A stretch of 64,000 nt of DNA, taken from contig CAYVLA010000007.1 in assembly GCA_964452145.1 (NCBI GenBank), positions 1 to 64,000 of the forward strand, written 5' to 3'. Source of the DNA: Candidatus Hadarchaeota archaeon (GTDB taxonomy: Archaea > CAYQAE01 > CAYVLA01). The position numbers and the translations under genes are program-made. Positions 47,964-57,398 of the stretch are shown here, one piece after another; position 1 is the first letter of the stretch, and every line of letters starts with the position of its first letter. The notes beneath the pieces were generated by a model. The model made no database searches, was not told the origin of the DNA, and was given only the letters and a program-made list of their open reading frames with translations.

Positions 47964-50651
47964 GTGGCATTGGGGCTCCCAGATTCCCCCTGGTCCCTTT
48001 CGTGGGATGGGGTGGCACGGAGACTCGAGGTGGATCCCGAATTCGGTCTCTCGAGAAGAGAAGTGATCACCCGCCGAAGGAGATTCGGTCCTAACCGTCT
48101 CACAGAGGCCAAGCGCAGGAGCATGTGGGGCATCGTCCTTAACCAGCTCAAGGGATTCATCATTCCTTTGCTGATAGTTGCCTCGGCGCTTGCCTTTGCC
48201 TTTGGGGAAGGGATTGAGGGAATGGCGATTCTTGTGGTCATCATGATCAATACCGCCATAGGTTTCGTGACGGAGCTTCGGGCAGTGCGATCAATGGAGG
48301 CATTGCAGAAGCTGGTCGCTGTAAACGCCAAGGTACTCCGGGACGGCAGGATGCAACAGGTGCCGGCCCAGGATCTCGTGCCAGGGGACATCGTGGTACT
48401 GGAAGCGGGTGACCTGATTACCGCGGACCTCAGGCTTGCTGAGTCGTCCAATCTTCAGGTTGATGAGTCAGCATTGACGGGCGAGTCCGTACCGGTCGGC
48501 AAGCAGGTCAAGGTCGTGGGCGAGCATACAATCCTTGCCGAGAGGGTCAACATGCTCTTCAAGGGCACTGGCGTGACCAATGGGTCCGGCAAGGGCGTGG
48601 TGGTGGCCACTGGGATGGCTACCGAGCTCGGTCAGATCTCCTCCCTCATGCAGGAGGCGGATGAGGAACAGTTCACTCCCCTTGAGCAGCGCCTGAATCA
48701 CCTGGCAAACCGCCTGGTCTGGATAACCCTTGCGATCGCTGCCCTGCTGGCCTTGACCGGCATACTGGCAGGGAGGGAGGTCCTGCTCATGGTCAATACG
48801 TCGATTGCTCTTGCCGTGGCGTCGATACCCGAGGGTCTACCCATCGTCGCAACGATCGCTCTGGCCAGAGGAATGTGGAGGATGGCCCGGCGGAATGCCT
48901 TGGTGAATAGGCTCTCCACCGTGGAGACTCTCGGCTCAACGAATATCATCTGTACCGATAAGACCGGAACCCTCACCCAGAATCGGATGGCGGTTGGGAA
49001 GTTGCTCTTCTGGTCAAGGCAGGTCTCTCTCGACCGGGAAGGGAGATTCATCGGAACAGCGGGGGAGCTGGATCCCGCGCAAGACCCGCTGCTGTCCGAG
49101 GCCCTGCTGGTGGCCATCCTTTGCAGCAACGCCTTCCTTGAGAAGAGCGAAGGGCCGGAGGCCCATGGCGTAGGGGATCCCCTGGAACTGGCGCTGCTTG
49201 CCACAGGGGATCTTGCCGGGCTCCATCGCGAGGAGCTTCTGGACGACATGCCCGAGGCGCGCGAAGAGGCATTCGATCCAGAGGTAAGCATGATGGCAAC
49301 CTACCATAGCAGGGGAGACGGCTACTATGTTGCCGTGAAGGGCGCTCCAGAAGCGGTCATCGCCAGCTGCCATCGATTCCTTGCCGATGACAAGGAACAC
49401 GACATGGATCAGGGGCAGAGGGCGAGATGGTTGGAGCTTGCCCGCCAGGTAAACAGCGATGGCCTGCGAACCCTTGCCTTGGCCAGAAAGGAAGTGGATT
49501 CTCCGGACGTACATGCATACAGTGAGCTTACTTTGATAGGTCTGGTCGGTCTGCTTGACCCGCCCCGGAAGGATGTGGCGGAAGCCCTGTCCATCTGCAG
49601 AAGGGCAGGGATTCGGGTTGTCATGGTGACGGGGGACCATCCAGAGATCGCCAGGAACATCGCGTTGTCGACGGGCTTGGCGGAAGCGGAGGGTCTTGAG
49701 GTTCTGCCCGGCGAAAGCATACCGGATGAACCGGATCTCGACGATGAGGAGTTGCGCCATCTCCTCAACGCCTCGGTCTTCGCCCGAGTCAGCCCCAAGG
49801 AGAAACTCAGGCTGGTCGAGCTTTATCAGAGACATGGCTACATCGTTGCCATGACGGGGGACGGGGTGAATGACGCCCCGGCCCTGAGGAAGGCCAACAC
49901 GGGCATCGCCATGGGACAGCGCGGCACGCAGGTGGCCCGTGAGGCTGCTGACATGATTCTGAAGGATGATGCCTTCGCGACGATAGTCGAGGCCATCAAG
50001 CAGGGCAGGATCATATTCGACAACATACGGAAGTTCGCCATCTACCTCCTGTCCTGCAACATCAGCGAGATCCTTGCGGTCGCAATCGCCTCGTGGGCCG
50101 GGGCGCCCCTGCCACTCCTGCCTCTTCAGATACTCTTCCTCAACATGGTCACGGATGTCTTTCCCGCTCTTGCCCTCGGCGTGGGGGAGGGCGACCCCGT
50201 GATCATGAAGTATCCGCCACGCAGTGCGCGGGAGCCGATCCTCACCAAAGCTCATTGGCTGAGCATTGGCAGCTATGGCATGCTAATCTCGATGGCTGTT
50301 CTGGGATCCCTTGCGCTGGCCCTCAGATGGCTTGGTATGGATGGAAGCGGGGCGGTTACAATATCGTTTCTCACCCTGGCCTTTGCTCAACTCTGGCACG
50401 TCTTCAACATGAGGGATCCCGGGTCCGGGCTGCTTTGGAATGAGATCACCCGGAACCGCTATGTCTGGGCAGCTCTCGCCGGTTGCTCGGCCCTGCTGAT
50501 CGCCATCGTCTACACTCCGGGCCTGGCAAGGGTCCTGAGAGTCTCTGATCCTGGTATGGCAGGCTGGTTGCTCGTGCTGGTCATGAGTCTTCTCCCCTTG
50601 GTCGTCGGGCAAGCATGGCGGTTGGTCCGGGATCTCCGCACGAAGGCATAG
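47964..50651 (+). CDS. P-type cation-transporting ATPase, type IIA (Ca2+-like)
   Basis: DESALTGES, IPEGLP, CTDKTGTLT, KGAPE, DPPR, MVTGDH, TGDGVNDAPAL, LNMVTD; AGGTGA SD. Confidence 0.95.
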   Translation: MALGLPDSPWSLSWDGVARRLEVDPEFGLSRREVITRRRRFGPNRLTEAKRRSMWGIVLNQLKGFIIPLLIVASALAFAFGEGIEGMAILVVIMINTAIGFVTELRAVRSMEALQKLVAVNAKVLRDGRMQQVPAQDLVPGDIVVLEAGDLITADLRLAESSNLQVDESALTGESVPVGKQVKVVGEHTILAERVNMLFKGTGVTNGSGKGVVVATGMATELGQISSLMQEADEEQFTPLEQRLNHLANRLVWITLAIAALLALTGILAGREVLLMVNTSIALAVASIPEGLPIVATIALARGMWRMARRNALVNRLSTVETLGSTNIICTDKTGTLTQNRMAVGKLLFWSRQVSLDREGRFIGTAGELDPAQDPLLSEALLVAILCSNAFLEKSEGPEAHGVGDPLELALLATGDLAGLHREELLDDMPEAREEAFDPEVSMMATYHSRGDGYYVAVKGAPEAVIASCHRFLADDKEHDMDQGQRARWLELARQVNSDGLRTLALARKEVDSPDVHAYSELTLIGLVGLLDPPRKDVAEALSICRRAGIRVVMVTGDHPEIARNIALSTGLAEAEGLEVLPGESIPDEPDLDDEELRHLLNASVFARVSPKEKLRLVELYQRHGYIVAMTGDGVNDAPALRKANTGIAMGQRGTQVAREAADMILKDDAFATIVEAIKQGRIIFDNIRKFAIYLLSCNISEILAVAIASWAGAPLPLLPLQILFLNMVTDVFPALALGVGEGDPVIMKYPPRSAREPILTKAHWLSIGSYGMLISMAVLGSLALALRWLGMDGSGAVTISFLTLAFAQLWHVFNMRDPGSGLLWNEITRNRYVWAALAGCSALLIAIVYTPGLARVLRVSDPGMAGWLLVLVMSLLPLVVGQAWRLVRDLRTKA

Positions 50652-50865
50652 TGCGTCACGGAATCAGAGTTGCCCGCGATTGACGACGATGACACAACTA
50701 GGCTTATCCCCACACGGATTCCCGGCAGAGGTTGAAGGGTACTGCGATGGGATGGCATGAAGCCCTTCTGCGCCCGCTCGGCACAATCGGAGTAGCCTTG
50801 CACGTTTGGGGGTTACCAGGAGGCATGCCTCGCCCGGTCCACGTGCGCAGCGAGGGCTTCCGACC

Positions 50866-51150
50866 CGGACAAACCCTTACTCCCTTGAGCTGGCCACCAA
50901 CCTTCTCCTCTACGCGCTGGGAAGGCCCCTGATCACAGACATTCACGCACGGAGGAATGCCCGGGGGATGCTGGCATCCTTTCAGGCCCAGAAGCTCCTG
51001 ATCCTCTCCCCCCTTGAGTGGGCGGAGAAGTTCGAGGCCAACACGATGCCCTTGCGCGCTGGCGGGGATGGGAGCGGAAATGCCGAGAGCATCCGAGCAC
51101 TTGTGGAGGGCAAGGGGGGAGTGGTGACCAAGACCCTCGTCTACCTGACC
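50866..51150 (+). pseudogene. Decayed fragment of the secreted anchored paralogue family (copy 4)
   Basis: TNPYSLELATNLLLYALGRPLITDIHARRNAR...LEWAEKFEANT aligns with SNPYAIDMATNLVLYSVGQPLVSDIHARREAR...MEWADSFGANT of 57399-58634; no N-domain and no intact TM tail. Boundaries approximate. Confidence 0.8.
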
Positions 51151-51342
51151 AGGGAGAAGGCCGCCGCCGACAAGGCCAGGCTCGAAGGGGAGGGCGCGGG
51201 TTACAGGAGGCGGAGCACCCTTGATTGTGTCGGTCATCCTGCAGATTCAGGCATCCTTCTCCCCATGCTACCCGGCATGTGACCGGCTTGCGACAGGCAA
51301 TGCGAACCATTATCAGCAAGGCGGAGAGGGGCCCTGCAGGGG

Positions 51343-53775
51343 ATGCCGGTGCTAACCCAGAGGAGATACGGGTTGAAGAAGCATGTCACAGGGTGGATCT
51401 TCGTGGTCCCCGAGGGATCCCCGGGCGACGAGGCGATCAGGGTAGCGATTGAGGACCTCAAGGAGGCTGCTGCTGGCCTCGGCCTTCCGCTGGAGATCGC
51501 TTCGGATGCGACATGCCCGTCCGGGAACGCCATCATCCTGGGGGATTCGACGAGAAACAGACAGAGGGCCGTCCTGGGAGGCAGGGGACTCGTCAGGCTC
51601 TCGAACGTCGGGAGGGCCGATGGATACCAGATCGAAACGATGGAGGAGGGTGGAAGGAGGCAGGTCTGCGTCGCCGGCGGATCGCTGCTTGGAGAGGCCT
51701 ACGGCATCTACCGGATCCGGGAACGGCTACGCGTTGAGGGTGATGTCCCGGTTCTGAACGTAGTCGAGCAACCGGACCTTGAGTTCCGCTACACTAGGAT
51801 ACGCGTGAGTTCCGAGGAGGACATCCGCAGGGCCCTCCGCTATCGCCTGAACATGGTCTTCGGCGAGAACCCGCTCAACCTCGTCCCCTGGGTTTGCGGA
51901 TCAGGCGATGATGAGAATCGCAAGCACCGGGATGAGACCGGGAAGTTGGCTGGATATGCCCACTCCCTGCACATGAAGTTCCTAGCCTTCGGAACGGAGT
52001 TCACCTACCACCCGGCCCTTCTGGAGGAGTTCGGTGCCAAGCCGACTCCGAGCGATCCCCAACTCTGGGAGGCGATCAGGGCGAAGTTCAGGCGGCTTCT
52101 GGATTCCGTGCCTGAGCTCGACGGCGTCTGCACGTTTGTGGGCGAGGAGCAGAGCTACTGGGATCCCTATCGGATGCTCGACGTGATGCACGACGGCGAG
52201 GGCTGTGATTGGTCGCTGGAGAAAAGGTATCGCACGTTCGTGAAAGCGGTATGGGACGTTGTCGTGGGCGAGTTCGGCAGGTTGTTCCTGCACAGAACCT
52301 GGAACACCAACGCATATGAACAGCAATCCCAGCCCGACATCTACGCTCGCACCTTCACCGATGATGTCCCGACCGAGAACCTCTACCTCATACCGAGCTT
52401 CACCCAGAACGACAGGTGGTGGTTCCAGGCCTACAACCCCACCTTCAACCTGACGCCTCATAGCATGATGGCTGTGTTCGAGACCATGGATTACCACGAT
52501 GGCGGGGACTTTTTCCCGACGTTCCCGGGCTTCTACTTCCAGGCCGGCCTCGATTCCATCCTCGGCGCGCCCAAGAGCAACCTCAAGGGGGCGAGCCTTG
52601 ACCTGCCCGCAAGGGAGGGATGGGACACCCGCACCCTCACGGCATACACCGTTTCCCGCCTGATGTGGAACCACAGGGAGGATCCCCGCGAGATAGCCAG
52701 GGACTTCTGCGCCATCTATTTCGGGCCCGAGCTTGCGGCCCGGATGGCGGAGATTCTCATGCTCTCTCCTGTGGCCTACAAGTACGGCCTTTACATCGAG
52801 CCGATGGTCTACGGCGCCTTTACATCCCTTCACCACATCCGGACGGGTCACTTCGTGGTTGAGGGATACCCCAGCATCGACGCAGGCAAGGAACATATCG
52901 AGTTCCTCAGGAGGATCTACCTGCGCTGCAAGCCCTGGGCACGGGAGACGCTCTCCTACCTCGATCACGGGCTGGAGACGGCCAGGGAAATGGAGGAGAA
53001 ATACGCCGCCCTGACACCCCACATCCGGGATGAAGCTCTTAGGGTGAAGGTGGGCAATTCGCTGGAAATGACCCGTCTCCTGATAGAGACCAACAACCTC
53101 TATGTCAAGACCGCCTTTGCCTACTTCCGGTACCGCGAGGAAAGAGGAGAGAAGGAGAGGGGGGACCTGGAGAGCATCCTCGGCAGGCTAAGGGCCATTC
53201 GAAAAGCCTTCTTGAATGTGCCAGGGTGCCGATTCAAACCGTACGGGGTGGATCAACTGATCGTCAACGCAGCGCATGTTCTTGAGGATCTCGACGCCGC
53301 GGAGAAGGTCCTTCAGGAGGCGCCCACGACATCGGAGATAGAGAGGATCGTGACAGAGCAGCAGACGCGGTACCGAAGGACTCTGGCGGAACACGGCGAT
53401 GAAGTCCTTAAGGTCCTCTACTGGGAGGGCAGGGTTGACGGAAGAGACATGCTCATCGTCAGGGGAGAGGACATCAGGATCGAGCATCTGCGATGGGACC
53501 CAATCTACCTTCAGAATCACCGCTTCTTCGCCCCCCTGCCGGAACGGCCCGGAACGGTCCTGATCGAGGACATCGAGTCCGAGCCGATGCATCCTTTCGT
53601 CCTACAGCAGCCGAAGGAAGAGAACGACTTCACCGCGAAGATCTACCTCAACGACATACCCGGCGGGGCCCACTGGTTCAGGTTCAACATCTACTTCCTC
53701 GACAGGGCGCCGAGCGAACTGGGACTGGATGTCCCCTGGGATAGAGGCAACGGCCGGCCGTCTTCAGAGGTTTGA
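51343..53775 (+). CDS. Large putative glycoside hydrolase with GH67/GH115-like N-terminal domain
   Basis: AIEDL..., DGYQI, VAGGSLLGEAYGIY, PDLEFR, VPELDG...GE, RTW, RLMWN pattern. Start may be TTG 51373. Confidence 0.6.
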   Translation: MPVLTQRRYGLKKHVTGWIFVVPEGSPGDEAIRVAIEDLKEAAAGLGLPLEIASDATCPSGNAIILGDSTRNRQRAVLGGRGLVRLSNVGRADGYQIETMEEGGRRQVCVAGGSLLGEAYGIYRIRERLRVEGDVPVLNVVEQPDLEFRYTRIRVSSEEDIRRALRYRLNMVFGENPLNLVPWVCGSGDDENRKHRDETGKLAGYAHSLHMKFLAFGTEFTYHPALLEEFGAKPTPSDPQLWEAIRAKFRRLLDSVPELDGVCTFVGEEQSYWDPYRMLDVMHDGEGCDWSLEKRYRTFVKAVWDVVVGEFGRLFLHRTWNTNAYEQQSQPDIYARTFTDDVPTENLYLIPSFTQNDRWWFQAYNPTFNLTPHSMMAVFETMDYHDGGDFFPTFPGFYFQAGLDSILGAPKSNLKGASLDLPAREGWDTRTLTAYTVSRLMWNHREDPREIARDFCAIYFGPELAARMAEILMLSPVAYKYGLYIEPMVYGAFTSLHHIRTGHFVVEGYPSIDAGKEHIEFLRRIYLRCKPWARETLSYLDHGLETAREMEEKYAALTPHIRDEALRVKVGNSLEMTRLLIETNNLYVKTAFAYFRYREERGEKERGDLESILGRLRAIRKAFLNVPGCRFKPYGVDQLIVNAAHVLEDLDAAEKVLQEAPTTSEIERIVTEQQTRYRRTLAEHGDEVLKVLYWEGRVDGRDMLIVRGEDIRIEHLRWDPIYLQNHRFFAPLPERPGTVLIEDIESEPMHPFVLQQPKEENDFTAKIYLNDIPGGAHWFRFNIYFLDRAPSELGLDVPWDRGNGRPSSEV

Positions 53776-53825
53776 AGCTTCACGCCTGCAAGCGAGGCAG
53801 GACATGTGCCTCTTTGGCCCGGGCG

Positions 53826-54037
53826 CTCAGAATCGAACTCCTCCTCGATCTGGTCTATGACTGGCTTCTGTTGGGCGCAGAATTGGCATCAGTCTGTGTA
53901 GACGTAGACGAGGAGGGTTTATCTCCCTCAAGGAGCGAGTCGATCTCCGGTACTCCCGTGCTGAGAACGATGGGTAGCATTGGCATCAGGCTCACAACTG
54001 TGGCAACTTGGATCAGCGGGTAGAGTGGTTGCCCCAT
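53826..54037 (-). pseudogene. Thioredoxin-family gene remnant (frameshift plus TGA at the Trp of WCxxC, truncated)
   Basis: MGQPLYPLIQVATVVSLMPMLPIVLSTGVPEIDSLLEGDKP / (frameshift at about 53915) LLVYVYTD*CQFCAQQKPVIDQIEEEF. Confidence 0.75.
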
Positions 54038-54207
54038 TGCGGCCCTCCTGGAACGTCCCTCCGGAGAGGAATCTGCGGAGGCGCCATGAAATGATAAACT
54101 GTTGCGACTGGGGGACTGGGGGAAGAGCAAGCAGCATACGGAAACCTCTTAATGTCCTCCCGCGAGTTCGACCTCGATGGCTTTTCGCTGCTGGAGATGA
54201 TCATTTC

Positions 54208-57165
54208 ATGGTAGACCAGGGTGAAGCTCGTCCGCTGAAGGAGATCGTCAGCACCTTCCGTAATCCTCCCGCCTCCTGCCGACCCCACACACGGTGGTGG
54301 TGGATGGGGAACGCTGCCAGCAAGGAGGACATCACTTGGCAGCTGGAGCAGATGCACGAGCAGGGGATCGGCGGTGTCGAGCAGATAACAATGCAGGAGG
54401 TCTACGAGAAGGGCAACGTGCCCTACCTCTCGCGGGAGTACTTCGAGCTCGTCACCCATGCGATCAAGGAGGCCAAGAGGCTGGGCATGGAGTTCTCACT
54501 GAACTTCGGAGGACCGGGATGGGTGATCGGCGGAAGCTGGGTCCCCCCGGAGGATCGCAGCAAGAACATGGTGCCCACTGCGATGGTGGTCGAGGGCCCG
54601 GTTCAGTATGAAGGAGATCTTCCCACGCGCGTTGGGGAGGTCCCGAGAACGGGTGAGATCCCCGCAAGGGACATCGGCGATGGGGATCGGCTCCTAGCGG
54701 TCGTCGCTGCGAGGGTCATCGACGGGGTGCTCCAGGAGGGTTCCCTTACAGATCTCGCGACCTTCGTGAAGGGGAAGCGCCTCAGATGGAGGGTCCCGGA
54801 GGGAAGATGGCAGCTTATGGCCTTCTGGTTGGTATTCACCCAGCAGGGCCATGCCATCGACCACTTAGACAAGGAGGCCATGCAGCGCTACTGCGAGCAC
54901 CTGGGCGGCAGGTTCCGAGAAGCCTTTGGAGAGGAGTTCGGCAAGACGGTCGAGTCGTTCTTCATCGACAGCTTCGAGGTCGCCTTAATCAATAACGGCA
55001 TTTACTGGAGCGATGGCCTTCTGGAACAGTTCAGGGCGTTCAAGGGCTACGACCTGGTTCGCTATCTGCCCGCCATCTGGTGGGAGGTCGGCGAGATCTC
55101 GCCCAAGATCCGTTATGACGTGAATCATTTCCTGCACCATGCGGGACTGGACGCGTTCTTCAAACCCTTCCTCACATGGTGCGGGAGGAACGGCGTCAAG
55201 GGACGCATTCAGCCCTACGGATTCACAACCGACATCCTCGAAGGCGCGGGGCTGACCCACATCCCCGAGATGGAGATCACGGCGGGGGAGAAGGATGCCG
55301 TTCCATGGTTCGATACCAGGATAGGTCCGAGGAAGTATGTCGCCTCGGGCGCCCATCTCTACGGCCGGAATGTCGTCTCTGTCGAAGCCTACACCTACAT
55401 CCACTGGGAGACCTACCGAGCAACGCTGGAGGAGCTGAAGATCGCCAGCGACGTCTTCCTTCGCGATGGGGCCAACAAGTTCTACAACCACGGGTACACC
55501 TGTTCGCCCGAGCGAGATATCGCACCGTCCCGCCGCTTCGAATCCGAGGTGCTCATCAACCACCAGAACATCTGGTGGAGATACTACAGGTTTCTAAGCG
55601 ACTACGTCGCGAGATGCTGCTACCTTCTGCGCCAAGGAAGCTTCGTCGCCGATGTCGCCGTGTACCTGCCTCTGGCCAACCAGTGGACCCTCGATGTGAG
55701 GAATTCCAGGAGCTGGACGAGGGGCTTCGACTGGGGCAGCCTCGGGAGGCTCCTTATCGCGAACGGCTACCAGTTCGACCTGATCAATGACGATGTTCTG
55801 CTCAACCATGCAGACATGGAGGACGGCGTGATAAGGGTTGGGGATCTGGAGTACAGGGTCCTGCTTCTGCCGAACGTCCAAGCGATGCCCCTGGAGACCC
55901 TGGAACTCATTCAGAACTGGGTGCGCAAAGGTGGCATGGTGATTGCACTGGAAAGGGTGCCGGAGCGTTCCGTGGGGCTGGATGGTTGGAAGAGGAAGGA
56001 TCGGGAAGTCAAGAGGATCTCGAACGAGATGTTCGACACCCCGGTTTGGCGGGCGAATCCAACCGCGCCGCGCGACTACGGCGCGGGCAGAACCCACCAC
56101 ATCCGCTACGTCATCGATCGTTCGGACGTGCTTGAGCAGCATGCCAGCGCCCTCGATCCCTTTCTGAATATCCTCCGTCAACGCGTCAAACCCGATTTAG
56201 GCATTGATTTCGTCCGCGAAGCGATGCGAGAAAACCAAGGCATTTCCCACATTCATAGGAAGACGGGAGACAAGGACATCTATTTCGTGACGAACGCCCA
56301 GGACCAAGCCATCGAGATGCGATTTGCCTTCCGCATCACTGGCGGGAAGCCGATGCAATGGGACCCCTATACCGGGGAGGTGCGACCCGTATTGGAGTAC
56401 GAAGAACGGGATGGCGTCACACTGATTCGCATGCGCGTGGCTCCGTATGGTTCGGCGCTGATCGTGTTCGACAGAAGGATGGAACTCTACAGGCACTTGA
56501 CTCAGACAAGTTTCGATCGCGTACAGGCCGTCAGCAAAAGCTCCGTGCACGTCTCGGCCCTGACAAACGGCGTCCACCGATTGAGCCTAGACGACGGAAC
56601 ACATCGCACCATGTATGTGGATGGAATCCCAGCACCCCTTCTGATAGACGGGAACTGGCGTCTGACTCTGAGGGGATGTTGTGACGCTGGGCCGCCGCTA
56701 AGCATGCGCCGACTGGTTTCCTGGACCGACGATCCGAAGACCATGCACTTCAGTGGCACCGGCAGATACGAGACCGATTTCGAACTGCCACCCAGCTACG
56801 TCCAGAAGGATCTCCAGTTGGAGCTGGATCTGGGCATGGTGGGTGACATCGCAGACGTGGAGCTTAACGGCATCAAGGCGGGCGTGCGCTGGATGCGGGG
56901 ACAGAGCCTGGATATCACCGGTGCCGCAAGGCCGGGGCGTAATTCGCTTGCCGTGGAGGTCACAAACACCCTCATCAACCGCGTCTCAGGCCTGAAGGAG
57001 CTGCCCCCCGTACCCGAGCAGCTGCGGTCCCGTTACGGGGATGACCTCAGGCTCAAAACATCCTCATCGAGGAGGCTGATCGGCTACACACCGTTGCCCA
57101 ATTCGGGTCTGCTGGGGCCAGTCACGATCCGGCCCTCCAAGCTCATCGAGGTCTCTTGGCAGTAG
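54208..57165 (+). CDS. GH106-like glycoside hydrolase (alpha-L-rhamnosidase family)
   Basis: FRNPP..RP.T.WWW.GN, GIGGV, YLS..YF, FFIDSFE, F....GYDL..YLP, ASGAHLYG, LDLG.V..IA.V.LNG, N.L.VEVTN, SGLLGPV. Start trimmed to 54208. Confidence 0.85.
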   Translation: MVDQGEARPLKEIVSTFRNPPASCRPHTRWWWMGNAASKEDITWQLEQMHEQGIGGVEQITMQEVYEKGNVPYLSREYFELVTHAIKEAKRLGMEFSLNFGGPGWVIGGSWVPPEDRSKNMVPTAMVVEGPVQYEGDLPTRVGEVPRTGEIPARDIGDGDRLLAVVAARVIDGVLQEGSLTDLATFVKGKRLRWRVPEGRWQLMAFWLVFTQQGHAIDHLDKEAMQRYCEHLGGRFREAFGEEFGKTVESFFIDSFEVALINNGIYWSDGLLEQFRAFKGYDLVRYLPAIWWEVGEISPKIRYDVNHFLHHAGLDAFFKPFLTWCGRNGVKGRIQPYGFTTDILEGAGLTHIPEMEITAGEKDAVPWFDTRIGPRKYVASGAHLYGRNVVSVEAYTYIHWETYRATLEELKIASDVFLRDGANKFYNHGYTCSPERDIAPSRRFESEVLINHQNIWWRYYRFLSDYVARCCYLLRQGSFVADVAVYLPLANQWTLDVRNSRSWTRGFDWGSLGRLLIANGYQFDLINDDVLLNHADMEDGVIRVGDLEYRVLLLPNVQAMPLETLELIQNWVRKGGMVIALERVPERSVGLDGWKRKDREVKRISNEMFDTPVWRANPTAPRDYGAGRTHHIRYVIDRSDVLEQHASALDPFLNILRQRVKPDLGIDFVREAMRENQGISHIHRKTGDKDIYFVTNAQDQAIEMRFAFRITGGKPMQWDPYTGEVRPVLEYEERDGVTLIRMRVAPYGSALIVFDRRMELYRHLTQTSFDRVQAVSKSSVHVSALTNGVHRLSLDDGTHRTMYVDGIPAPLLIDGNWRLTLRGCCDAGPPLSMRRLVSWTDDPKTMHFSGTGRYETDFELPPSYVQKDLQLELDLGMVGDIADVELNGIKAGVRWMRGQSLDITGAARPGRNSLAVEVTNTLINRVSGLKELPPVPEQLRSRYGDDLRLKTSSSRRLIGYTPLPNSGLLGPVTIRPSKLIEVSWQ

Positions 57166-57398
57166 GGCTCCTGCCCAACGTGCGGTGACACGGAAGCGGA
57201 CGATGCGCATTCAACTCATTCCAGGCATGAGAGCCCGATAGGACTTGGGCCGTGCCCAATCATCTCGGGGAGAGCCGATTGTGGTCACCCATGTTTCCTG
57301 AGATGCCAGCACGGGGATGGCATACAACCTGTCAACCGTTGCGGACCGGGCGAATCATCTAATAGAAAGAACCGACGGATCGATGCGAGGAGACATCA

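Noticed and set aside
53889..53891. TGA next to CxxC as selenocysteine
   Set aside because: It aligns to the Trp before CxxC, and the gene also has a frameshift and truncation.
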